From assembly GCA_018238155.1 (NCBI GenBank), contig JABCTZ010000036.1, forward strand, positions 32,001 through 96,000: a stretch of DNA of 64,000 nt, in the 5' to 3' direction. Positions 28,611-37,620 of the stretch are shown here, piece after piece. A model generated the notes under the pieces. The model was not told the DNA's origin, ran no database searches, and worked only from the letters and a program-made list of their open reading frames with translations. This DNA comes from Candidatus Heimdallarchaeota archaeon (lineage in GTDB: Archaea > Asgardarchaeota > Heimdallarchaeia > JABLTI01). Both the position numbers and the translations under genes were made by a program. Position 1 is the first letter of the stretch; each line of letters opens with the position of its first letter.

Positions 28611-29804
28611 GTGGGTCTTAAAATATACAAATTCAGCTATCAAAATGGGTTACTTTTAGAATTTTCCAATAACCAAAAGGTAATGATTGATAGCAAGAAT
28701 ACCAAAATACCACTAAAAGTAAACGCAATTGTGACACATGCACATTCAGATCACTTTGCAGCGATGAATTCTTACTCAACAACATTTGCAACACAAGCAA
28801 CGATTGATCTTTTTAATAAAATAAAAAAAACAAAAACAAGAAGTAATTTTATCTCTGTAGAATTTAATGAACAATTAAAACTACAACCTGACTCACCCGA
28901 TGTGAAAATTTCATTTATACCATCTGGTCATATTCTTGGTTCTGCATCTGTGTTCATTGAAAATGATAATAGTCGGTTTTTATTCTCGGGAGATGTAGGA
29001 GGAAAGGGGCAGCTAACCTCATTAGCACCTTTGAAAGCTGTTCAAGCAGATATTTTAGTTGTCGAAGCAACGTTTGGTTCTCCGGAATTAGTCTTCCCGT
29101 CTCGAGAGGAAACCTCAATGGAGATATTGAAATGGTCTGCAAACGTCATAAAAGAAAAGAAGAATGTGCTGTTTTCAGCAGGACGGTTAGGTTCCTCACA
29201 AGAATTGATTAAACTATTTAATAACCTCACAAATCTAAATGTTATAACTCATGGAGAAGTTACTCAACTATCAGAGATTTATCAAAAACATGGTGTAAAG
29301 CTGGTTTTTCATGATTCAAAATCAGAGGAAGGAAAGGAAATACTGAGAAACGGAGAGGCAATAATCATTCAACCCCGAGGGAAGAAGATCGTTCCGTATT
29401 TTATTACGGAACATGTTGAATGTAAGACTGCAATAGTAACAGGTATGGCTTCAAGATTTCAATATAGAAATTACGATGCTTCATTTCCATTATCTTCGCA
29501 TGCGAATTTTCACGAATTGATAGAATATATCAAAGAAGTATCTCCAGAATTGGTTTTCACAATATACGGTCTCGAGAAAAAACTCGCAAAAGCAATAACA
29601 AGAGAATTAGATATTCCAGCAATTCCTCTAAAAGACAAAACACCAAATGCAATACAAAAAACAAGTGATAAAATTGCTGTAGAACAAAATCAAAGAAAAA
29701 ATCTAGAAAGGGAAAAAGTAACCTTAAAGAAAATAGAGAGAAAAGTTGTTTCCAAAGAAAAGAAGGAAATAACCTTAGATGATTTTTTCAAGAAGGACAG
29801 CTAG
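28611..29804 (+). CDS. Metallo-beta-lactamase/beta-CASP family nuclease
   Basis: THAHSDH, SGHILGS, FSGD, EATFG, LSSHA motifs; C-terminal EITLDDFF. Confidence 0.85.
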   Translation: MGLKIYKFSYQNGLLLEFSNNQKVMIDSKNTKIPLKVNAIVTHAHSDHFAAMNSYSTTFATQATIDLFNKIKKTKTRSNFISVEFNEQLKLQPDSPDVKISFIPSGHILGSASVFIENDNSRFLFSGDVGGKGQLTSLAPLKAVQADILVVEATFGSPELVFPSREETSMEILKWSANVIKEKKNVLFSAGRLGSSQELIKLFNNLTNLNVITHGEVTQLSEIYQKHGVKLVFHDSKSEEGKEILRNGEAIIIQPRGKKIVPYFITEHVECKTAIVTGMASRFQYRNYDASFPLSSHANFHELIEYIKEVSPELVFTIYGLEKKLAKAITRELDIPAIPLKDKTPNAIQKTSDKIAVEQNQRKNLEREKVTLKKIERKVVSKEKKEITLDDFFKKDS

Positions 29805-29825
29805 TTATAATGGCGCTGATTAGTT

Positions 29826-30227
29826 GTGACTCGAATTTTCAAAATGGTGTTATCAAAAATTCAACCAAGTCAGCTCTATATTAGTGAGAAAAAATTAGCT
29901 AATATAAAGGAAAAAACAAATAAAAACGGTATAGTTGAATTAGATCCTATACCGATTAAAAAGTTGGGCGATGATATAATCTATACAGATGGACATACTC
30001 GCGCTTTTCTTGCCTATCAAAACGGTGAAAAAGAAATTAGCGTTGAATGGGACGATGACGATTTAGATTGGGAAATGTATGCAGTATGTGTTCAATGGTG
30101 TAAAGATGAAGCAATTTATACAATTGGCGATTTACAAAAGAGAGTTGTTCCACATAAAAAATATGAAGTGGTTTGGTACAAGCGCTGTGATACTTTGCAT
30201 GCAGAAATAGCTCAGAAGAAAGCATAA
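29826..30227 (+). CDS. ParB/sulfiredoxin-like domain protein
   Basis: IQPSQLYIS and TDGHTRA motifs. Confidence 0.7.
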   Translation: MTRIFKMVLSKIQPSQLYISEKKLANIKEKTNKNGIVELDPIPIKKLGDDIIYTDGHTRAFLAYQNGEKEISVEWDDDDLDWEMYAVCVQWCKDEAIYTIGDLQKRVVPHKKYEVVWYKRCDTLHAEIAQKKA

Positions 30228-30259
30228 AAGTGACATGAAAAATACTTTGGGAGTTTCTT

Positions 30260-30784
30260 TTACTTGGATTCTCTTTTTTCTTTGCCTTTATTTAAATCAA
30301 TAGCTTTTTCTTTCACTAGAGAGATTGGCGCTACGTCCTCGAATTTTGGTTCTGTTACAACATATATTTCAGCTATACCTTTTGGTGTGAAATTTTTTAC
30401 CATTCGACCTGAATGGAATCCAAATGGTCCAGGATGTTGAACATCTCGGAAAGTTAAACGATAATACGTTGCAAGATGTGCCCATTCATTGAGTTCATCA
30501 GGATGCTTTACAGATTTGGGTGCTGTTTCAGCTAAACCAATCCAATTGTACCAAGCATGTACATCTTCTGGGTCACCTAACGCACGACTTGTACTTGGGT
30601 CCATAGTTCTTCCGCTGTAATTTGCTGTGATTTTAATACACAACCATTTACCAACAAGTGTGATGATTCTATCCGCTGTACCTGGTCCATTTTTCTCAAA
30701 AGAATAATCAGACCATTCACTTTCCACTTCATCTTCAAGTTTACTGATCAAGAATTTTTCTAGTTTTGATATATCAATAGTCAT
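30260..30784 (-). CDS. Hypothetical protein
   Basis: 174-aa ORF with GGAG upstream of ATG; no motif recognised. Confidence 0.7.
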   Translation of the reverse strand: MTIDISKLEKFLISKLEDEVESEWSDYSFEKNGPGTADRIITLVGKWLCIKITANYSGRTMDPSTSRALGDPEDVHAWYNWIGLAETAPKSVKHPDELNEWAHLATYYRLTFRDVQHPGPFGFHSGRMVKNFTPKGIAEIYVVTEPKFEDVAPISLVKEKAIDLNKGKEKRESK

Positions 30785-30846
30785 CTGTCTAACTCCTTGA
30801 ACTTTAGTATACTGAAAAGATATTCTTCTTCTCCGATTTTCTTTTT

Positions 30847-31704
30847 TTAATAATCGGTTTTTCCATATTTAACATCTTTTGCTTTTACTACTTCTACATT
30901 ACGAGTTGAGCAACCATCCTTAATGATTTGAATTAAGGTTGCATTCAAGCTACTCCGATCAATTATCGCCCATTTGATTTTCTCAATTGTTTTATCGATC
31001 ATTTGTTCTACTATTGCTTGAGTGAGGTGTTCTTTATGATATTTAGGTAGAATGTGACCGATTGCTACAGGTGTTAATTCCATTAATTCATTGAATCGTG
31101 TTGTGTAATGTCCACCTCCAAAACAAATACTGGGAATAATTTTCTCTTCATTTTTTTGCAAACAGATTTTCATTAGAGTATTTGCAACAGCTTGTAACGC
31201 TAATTTATTCTTGAACTCTATCTCTGTGCTCCCTACTTCAACATAGATTAATGGCGTTTTTAGATTGGTTGGTCCATGGTGTGTTGCTTCTACTGTAACG
31301 TCAAAGTTAGTTAGAGCAAGTTTTTCTTGTTCTTTCAAAAGGTTGAGATATGCTTCTCTAATTGCTCTTGTACTTCCAAAAGCTAATTCCAAAGGATTGC
31401 CACCATGACTATTATCAGAACTAAGATTTCCGGTAATATGCGTTAGTAGGCTTGGTTTATTTGCCTTACTTTGATGACGTGAACCAAATAGCAATAGATC
31501 TGCTTCAAGCTTATCACAATGGTCTGTATGGATAACATCTTTTGTTGAATTCACTAATCGAATATTTTTATGTTTATAAATTGGTGTTTCATCAAATGTT
31601 TCTTCAGTTTCTTCGAATGACCAATTGTCCAAAAGGGTTTGGCGTATATTTCTACCACAAATATTTTTATCGGTGGTTATTATAACCGGTTTTTTAAGAT
31701 TCAT
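30847..31704 (-). CDS. dtdA: D-aminoacyl-tRNA deacylase (archaeal DTD2/GEK1 type)
   Basis: SRH, THITGN, EATHHGP, VEVGS, GGGHY, GHILPKY; GAGGTGA before ATG 31704. Confidence 0.93.
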   Translation of the reverse strand: MNLKKPVIITTDKNICGRNIRQTLLDNWSFEETEETFDETPIYKHKNIRLVNSTKDVIHTDHCDKLEADLLLFGSRHQSKANKPSLLTHITGNLSSDNSHGGNPLELAFGSTRAIREAYLNLLKEQEKLALTNFDVTVEATHHGPTNLKTPLIYVEVGSTEIEFKNKLALQAVANTLMKICLQKNEEKIIPSICFGGGHYTTRFNELMELTPVAIGHILPKYHKEHLTQAIVEQMIDKTIEKIKWAIIDRSSLNATLIQIIKDGCSTRNVEVVKAKDVKYGKTDY

Positions 31705-31718
31705 TTGAACTTTCACCT

Positions 31719-32636
31719 CTAATTCAAAGAAATATTTTTAGCATTAATGAATTCCTCTATTTCATCTTTCCTAGGCATTCCATCTCGAGCATTGGAGAGT
31801 GTAATTTGTAACGCTGCACACGCTGCAGCATATTTCCCACAAGCAGAGAGGGATAGATTTTGTTTGTAAGAATGAATAAATCCTGCGGCATAAGCATCTC
31901 CCGCACCTGTAGTATCAACAACAGGAACTTCAAAGGATGGTATTTTCTCTATACCATCGTGGGAAACAATATATGACCCTTCATGCCCAAGTGTTACATT
32001 CAAAATTGTTGATTTGTTCAATCTAAGAGTCTCTAAATTCTCTTTTGTTGGGAAAAATCCGTATGCTTTTTCAAAAGCAATTTTATTTAGAAAAATAAGT
32101 GTATAACTTTCGATTATTTTTTGAAGTACTTCTCTAGTTTCAATCATTAATTCTCCTCCAAAATCGATTGAAGAGATGATTGACATCTTGTTACAAACTT
32201 GAGCAATTTTATGCGCTACTTTGGTGGAAACACTTGAAGCATGCACAATTTTGGCATCAGAGAACAATTGCCCAGTAATATCTTTTGGTGCTAGCTTGGC
32301 ATTTGCTTCTCGATAGCCAATTTTCATTGTTTGCCCTTCTTTATCAACTAATATAATGACAAAGCCCGTTGCACAATCTTCTTCTTTGATGACTTTAGAA
32401 ACATCAATTTGTTCTTCTATTAGAGAGGTTAATCCTACTCTGCCATTTTGATCATTACCCACATGACCAAATAGTGAAACTTTTGAACCTAAACGTGAGA
32501 GTCCTACAGCAAAATTACAAGCTCCCCCACCAGGTACAATTTCAAGATTTGAAACAATGACTTTATCATCTGGACTGGGAAGACGTGGTACTTGACAAAT
32601 AAGATCAACATTGATATTTCCTATTGTTAAAATCAA
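31719..32636 (-). CDS. PfkB/ribokinase-family carbohydrate kinase
   Basis: PGGGACN, VGND, DTTGAGDAYAAG. Confidence 0.92.
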   Translation of the reverse strand: MILTIGNINVDLICQVPRLPSPDDKVIVSNLEIVPGGGACNFAVGLSRLGSKVSLFGHVGNDQNGRVGLTSLIEEQIDVSKVIKEEDCATGFVIILVDKEGQTMKIGYREANAKLAPKDITGQLFSDAKIVHASSVSTKVAHKIAQVCNKMSIISSIDFGGELMIETREVLQKIIESYTLIFLNKIAFEKAYGFFPTKENLETLRLNKSTILNVTLGHEGSYIVSHDGIEKIPSFEVPVVDTTGAGDAYAAGFIHSYKQNLSLSACGKYAAACAALQITLSNARDGMPRKDEIEEFINAKNISLN

Positions 32637-32716
32637 ACCTACATCCGATCCTGCATTTGTTAATAATAATTCACAGCATAAATAACACTAATTAAAATTA
32701 ATGGTAAAATCGGAAC

Positions 32717-32754
32717 AAAAAGAAAAAGAATCATCGGGGTCGAACCCCAAATGA
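32717..32754 (-). terminator. GC hairpin plus U-tract after argF
   Basis: Minus strand tcat-tt-gggg-ttcga-cccc-g-atga followed by ttctttttcttttt. Confidence 0.6.
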
Positions 32755-32760
32755 GAACAT

Positions 32761-33702
32761 TTAGTCGCTCATAAGAGCAAGCATAACAGCTTTTTGTGAA
32801 TGTTTTCTATTTTCAGCTTCATCAAACACTACACTTTGTTTGCTATCAATAACTTCGTCAGTAACTTCGTATCCTCTGTGAGCTGGCAAACAGTGTAAGA
32901 ATATAGCATCATTTTTAGCGTGAGCCATTAATTTTTTATTGACTGAGAAATCTTTGAATGCTTTGAGACGTATCTCTTTCTGAGATTCATCACCCATTGA
33001 TATCCATGTGTCAGTATAAACAACATCAGCGTCTTTAACTCCAGCTGGAATATCACTAGTGACTTCTAATTTGGTACCTATTTTATCAGCTAATGCTTGA
33101 ACTTTCTTAGTAATTTCTGCATCAGGTTTATAGTCATCTGGGCAAACAATAGAAACATCCATACCCATTTTTGTGCAACCTATCATTAAGGAATGTGCAA
33201 CATTGTTGCCATCGCCAACGTAAACGAGTTTAAGTCCTTTTAGTGTTCCTTTGTGTTCTGTAATCGTTTGAAGGTCAGCTAATATCTGGCAAGGATGATA
33301 AAGGTCACAGAGACCATTTATTACTGGAATGGTAGCATATTGAGCCATTACTGCTAGTGTTTCATGTTTATAAACTCGAGCCATAATTCCACCAAGATAT
33401 CTTGAGAGAACTTGAGCAGTGTCAGAAGGTGCTTCCCCTGTTCCAACAAGTTGAGTGTCTCTAAAACTCAGAAAGAGAGGTTGTCCTCCTAATTCCCAAA
33501 TACCTGTTTCAAAGGAAACTCTGGTACGAGTAGACGTTTTTTCAAACATCATTCCTAAGCTTTTCTTTAATGGCTTGCGATCTGGATGACCACCATTTTT
33601 CTTGTATTCTGCTTTTAATTCTGCCCCAAGATCTAAGAAATATTTGATCTCTTCTGGGGTGAAATCAAAAAGTGTAAGCATATGTCGCCCTTTAAAATTC
33701 AT
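32761..33702 (-). CDS. argF: Ornithine carbamoyltransferase
   Basis: STRTR, HPCQ, GDGNNV, DTWISMG, HCLP; GAGGA before ATG 33702. Confidence 0.96.
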   Translation of the reverse strand: MNFKGRHMLTLFDFTPEEIKYFLDLGAELKAEYKKNGGHPDRKPLKKSLGMMFEKTSTRTRVSFETGIWELGGQPLFLSFRDTQLVGTGEAPSDTAQVLSRYLGGIMARVYKHETLAVMAQYATIPVINGLCDLYHPCQILADLQTITEHKGTLKGLKLVYVGDGNNVAHSLMIGCTKMGMDVSIVCPDDYKPDAEITKKVQALADKIGTKLEVTSDIPAGVKDADVVYTDTWISMGDESQKEIRLKAFKDFSVNKKLMAHAKNDAIFLHCLPAHRGYEVTDEVIDSKQSVVFDEAENRKHSQKAVMLALMSD

Positions 33703-33735
33703 GATTATTCCTCGTATCATATTTTTTTTCTCAGA

Positions 33736-33855
33736 ACAGATGATCGAACAAATTTGAACAATCAACTGTGGTCGTGAGTGCTCTTTTCACTTGCTTCGAC
33801 CGAGGAAAAGATAAACTCGGATTTAGAAAATATCCAAACGTGGATACTAATAAAA
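33736..33855 (-). promoter_or_regulatory. Putative argF promoter with palindromic site and multi-hairpin leader
   Basis: TTTTATTA (33855-33848), TATCCA-N4-TGGATA (33831-33846), three adjacent stems in 33736-33820. Confidence 0.45.
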
Positions 33856-33917
33856 TGTTCGTCTTAATCTAAAATTGCTTTTCGTTTATTTGAAGTAGTA
33901 TAATTAGCTGTAAAACT

Positions 33918-34065
33918 TGGATAACCGTTCCTTTTTTTTTGATCAAATAGGTCATAACTCAATTTATCCACTCCTAGTCACCACAACCAGTTTATTGATG
34001 CAGTTCATTTCTGAGATTCACGGGAACAGTTGGGTGTGGGGTTTCTAATCCTTTTGTGTGAACAT
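33918..34065 (-). repeat. Second, ORF-less copy of the TnpB-associated right-end/omega-RNA-like sequence
   Basis: Collinear shared blocks with 25531-25660: actgttcc, tcagaaatgaac, tggt(a/g)acta, tggataaa; terminal tggataa/ttatcca stem retained. Confidence 0.6.
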
Positions 34066-34267
34066 TTTATTTAGTATAAATAAAAAATTCATTACAAATA
34101 AAAACAATATCTTTATTAACATTCTTGACAGATAAATATTCTAACCTTGTGTGGTGGGTGAATACATTCTCAATCTTGTGAGAATCTTATTATCATCTTT
34201 CTAAAAAGGTTTTAAAAAGTAAGCAATAAAAATCCAAATATACTTAATTTAAGAGAGATGAATTTAG

Positions 34268-37200
34268 ATGTGTAAAAATAGGTACCCTCTACAAAAAGTA
34301 TTAATCAGTAGTTTATTCATGTTTTTAATTGTAATTAATTCAGCTGTAAATGCCATTGAAGTGGATGTTGGCAATGAGGTGGGAATGACCACTTTACCAT
34401 CCCAAGAAGGTAGAGGCTCCTTTGAAACACAATCAACGAAAATCAATAATTATGATTGGGAAGATGAGGAAGTTTTTGAAACATTTGCTCCACTTAATGA
34501 TTTGAAAATAGCTTTGGATGGAAATGAAGATGTTCATGTGTTTTGGTCTGGTGTAGAGAATGGGAACTACATTCTATTCCAAAAGATTAGATACAAGGTA
34601 AATGATACTTGGAGTGAAAGAAAAACACTTGGTATAACTTCTTCTGAAACTGGATCTGTGTTAGATGCTCAGACGGATGCTGGAGGAAAAATCCATCTTG
34701 TTTGGCAACATGATTCTGTAATAAGATATAAGTGTTATAATTATAATAATGGTCTTTGGGAAAACCCACAAGTAATTAGCAGTGGAATGAATCCAACTCT
34801 TGATATAAGTACATTAAATGATGCGCCAACAATTGTATACAAAAGAAAAGTAAATAGTTGGTATATTGATTACAATTATTTTTTTGCTGAGTATAATACA
34901 TCAACTGAGATTTGGGATACAAATCAAATTAATATGAATAATTATTCTCCAAGTGGGGGATCATCTTATGCATATGCAATTGTTAAATCTGGTGGTAAAA
35001 ACAAACCACATATTTTTAATAGCTATATGGATCGATATTGGTATTGGGATTACACGACAGGTCAACGAAGATCTATTACGACAATTAATTATAAAATATT
35101 GAGTAGAGATTATGCGACTTCAAATTTCGTAAATGATGGCTTTGATCTTGAAAGTGAAATAGGTATTACTGTGCCAATAGTAACAAAACCAATTCTTATC
35201 AATAGCCCAACAGATGGATTATTTGCTTTTTATAACAAACCAAGAACAGATGGAACATATGCGATAACTTTTACCAAAAAGACAGGTTCTTCTTGGAGCA
35301 CTCCAATAACACTATCAACTAAAGCTGCACTAAAGTGCGAAATGACTGCAACAGTGGATCAATTTGGAAAAATAACACTAATTTGGAATTATGTAAGTGA
35401 AATAATGGTAGAAGGATTTCCACTGTCAACTGCTGCACTATATATGAAAACATTTTCTCCACGCACAAATAGTTGGTCAGGAGATTCGGCGTTAAACACT
35501 GTAGAAATGTATTCACAATATTCTACAATGACTCGAGACAATGATGGCAATTTGTTTACTGTACATATCGATTTGAATCACACAAATTCACTTGAAAAGA
35601 AATTAGTTTACAGAAAAGCATGGACAGATACAGATGAGGATGGGTTGACAAACAATGTGGAAATAGATACTTATGGAACAGATCCATATAACCCTGATAC
35701 AGATGGCGACCAAATGTTGGACGGAGAAGAAATAGAATTAGGCTTTGATCCATTTAATCCAGATGAAGATTCAGATGGTATGGCCGATGGGTATGAAATT
35801 CACAATGATTTAGATCCTTATACTAATGACTCCTTGGATGATTTTGATTCAGATTTACTAACCAATATTGAAGAATTTTTAGCAGATACATTGGCAAATG
35901 ATAATGATACAGACAATGATCTAGTGAGTGATTATAATGAGCTCAAGGTATATTTCACTGACCCGAAAGATGTTGATTCGGACAACGATGGAGTCTCAGA
36001 CGGAGAAGAAATAAATATTGCCGGTTCTAATCCGAATTCTATTGACAGCGATAATGATACAATGCCTGATTACTATGAGTGGATTTATCATCTAAATCTG
36101 ACTCTAAATGATACTTTTGAAGACCCAGATAGCGATGGGTTATACAATATTTACGAATTCTTGAATAATATTGACCCACATAAAAGTGATTCTGATGGTG
36201 ATTTATTGGGCGATTACGAAGAAGTTATGGTCTATTTTACTATTCCAAATAAATTTGATACAGATGATGACGGCATTTGGGATGGGATAGAAGTTTATAC
36301 TTACGGTACTAGTCCAACAATGAAAGATACTGATAGTGACTTATTAAATGACAAAACAGAAATTGATGTTGGTTTAGATCCACTCGATAATGATACTGAC
36401 AATGATCTAATGATAGATAGTTATGAGTATCTTTTTGGTCTAGATTATTTTAATGCTTCAGATGCAAATTTGGATTATGATGGAGATACCCTTACAAATT
36501 TAGAAGAATCTTATTTATGGACAGATCCGTTTAATTCAGATACCGATGGAGATAGAATTACAGATGATTATGAGCTTGTATTAGGTAGTGACCCTGCAAA
36601 ATATGATACAGATGAGGATGGTTTAAATGACTATAATGAGCTATTTGTAATTAATTCCGATTTCGATAATCCTGATACAGATGGAGATGGTTTACTTGAC
36701 GGTCTTGAAGTATATCAATATAAATCAAATCCTCTCAATGTTGAATCTGATGGGGATACCCTCGAAGACGGTGATGAAGTATTTATTCATGGAACAAATC
36801 CTGCTTCTGCAGATACTGATGGTGATCTTCTTGCCGATAATCTTGAGCTAGATTACAATTCAAATCCTTTGGTTATGGACACAGATTTAGATGGTATGGA
36901 TGATTATTTTGAGTGGCTCTATAATCTTGATCCCTTAACCGATGATTCAGAAATTGATACCGATAAAGATAATGTACCGAACCTCGAAGAGTTTCTCCAT
37001 AATTCTAATCCTTTGGTTAATGATACAGATTTAGACGGCTTGACTGACTTCGAAGAAATCTATATTTATTTTACCGCTCCTGATTTCAACGACACAGATG
37101 AAGATTTTCTAGCAGATTATGATGAAGTAATGGTTTATGGGACATCCCCTCTTGACCCTGATTTTGATGACGATGGACTTTTAGACGGTGAAGAGATTAA

Positions 37201-37522
37201 GCTTGGTACTGATCCAACAAAATATGATTCGGATAACGATGGTGTGTCTGATGGTCAGGAATTTTTAGATGGAACAGATCCGAATAAACCTTCTGATAAT
37301 AAAGCTCTCAGACTTTCACGTTTATTGATTGTTATATTTTCTGGTATTATTGGAAGTCTTATTATTTATTACATTGGCCCATTTCTTGTCGCAAGATTAT
37401 CTCATAATGAAGAAGCCAAATGGATTGAAAAAGGACTTTTATTACGAAAACAGAAAGGAACTCAAATTCTCGATACATCACCTCATTCTGAGGAAATTTC
37501 AGAATCGAAAACGGAAGATTAG
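34268..37522 (+). CDS. Large surface protein: signal peptide, propeller-like domain, about 24 Ca-binding thrombospondin type-3-like repeats, C-terminal TM helix
   Basis: DGNEDVHVFW, DAGGKIHLVW blades; long DxDxDG-L-x-D-x-x-E array; TM LLIVIFSGIIGSLIIYYIGPFLV. Confidence 0.82.
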   Translation: MCKNRYPLQKVLISSLFMFLIVINSAVNAIEVDVGNEVGMTTLPSQEGRGSFETQSTKINNYDWEDEEVFETFAPLNDLKIALDGNEDVHVFWSGVENGNYILFQKIRYKVNDTWSERKTLGITSSETGSVLDAQTDAGGKIHLVWQHDSVIRYKCYNYNNGLWENPQVISSGMNPTLDISTLNDAPTIVYKRKVNSWYIDYNYFFAEYNTSTEIWDTNQINMNNYSPSGGSSYAYAIVKSGGKNKPHIFNSYMDRYWYWDYTTGQRRSITTINYKILSRDYATSNFVNDGFDLESEIGITVPIVTKPILINSPTDGLFAFYNKPRTDGTYAITFTKKTGSSWSTPITLSTKAALKCEMTATVDQFGKITLIWNYVSEIMVEGFPLSTAALYMKTFSPRTNSWSGDSALNTVEMYSQYSTMTRDNDGNLFTVHIDLNHTNSLEKKLVYRKAWTDTDEDGLTNNVEIDTYGTDPYNPDTDGDQMLDGEEIELGFDPFNPDEDSDGMADGYEIHNDLDPYTNDSLDDFDSDLLTNIEEFLADTLANDNDTDNDLVSDYNELKVYFTDPKDVDSDNDGVSDGEEINIAGSNPNSIDSDNDTMPDYYEWIYHLNLTLNDTFEDPDSDGLYNIYEFLNNIDPHKSDSDGDLLGDYEEVMVYFTIPNKFDTDDDGIWDGIEVYTYGTSPTMKDTDSDLLNDKTEIDVGLDPLDNDTDNDLMIDSYEYLFGLDYFNASDANLDYDGDTLTNLEESYLWTDPFNSDTDGDRITDDYELVLGSDPAKYDTDEDGLNDYNELFVINSDFDNPDTDGDGLLDGLEVYQYKSNPLNVESDGDTLEDGDEVFIHGTNPASADTDGDLLADNLELDYNSNPLVMDTDLDGMDDYFEWLYNLDPLTDDSEIDTDKDNVPNLEEFLHNSNPLVNDTDLDGLTDFEEIYIYFTAPDFNDTDEDFLADYDEVMVYGTSPLDPDFDDDGLLDGEEIKLGTDPTKYDSDNDGVSDGQEFLDGTDPNKPSDNKALRLSRLLIVIFSGIIGSLIIYYIGPFLVARLSHNEEAKWIEKGLLLRKQKGTQILDTSPHSEEISESKTED

Positions 37523-37620
37523 TTCTTCCAATCATTTTCTTTTATTGTAGTATACATTTTGAAATAAATGCGATTCAAAAAAGAAAAATAATTAAAAAAA
37601 TAATCCGTAGTTTCTAAGAT

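Noticed and set aside
32736-32748. GGGGTTCGACCCC (minus strand) resembles a tRNA T-arm
   Set aside because: No acceptor, D or anticodon arms around it; it sits right after the argF stop and before a U-tract, so a terminator fits better
35620-37300. Repetitive DNA that might suggest a CRISPR or tandem array
   Set aside because: Repeats are protein-level DxDxDG motifs with divergent codons inside an ORF; no identical repeats with spacers were seen in the window
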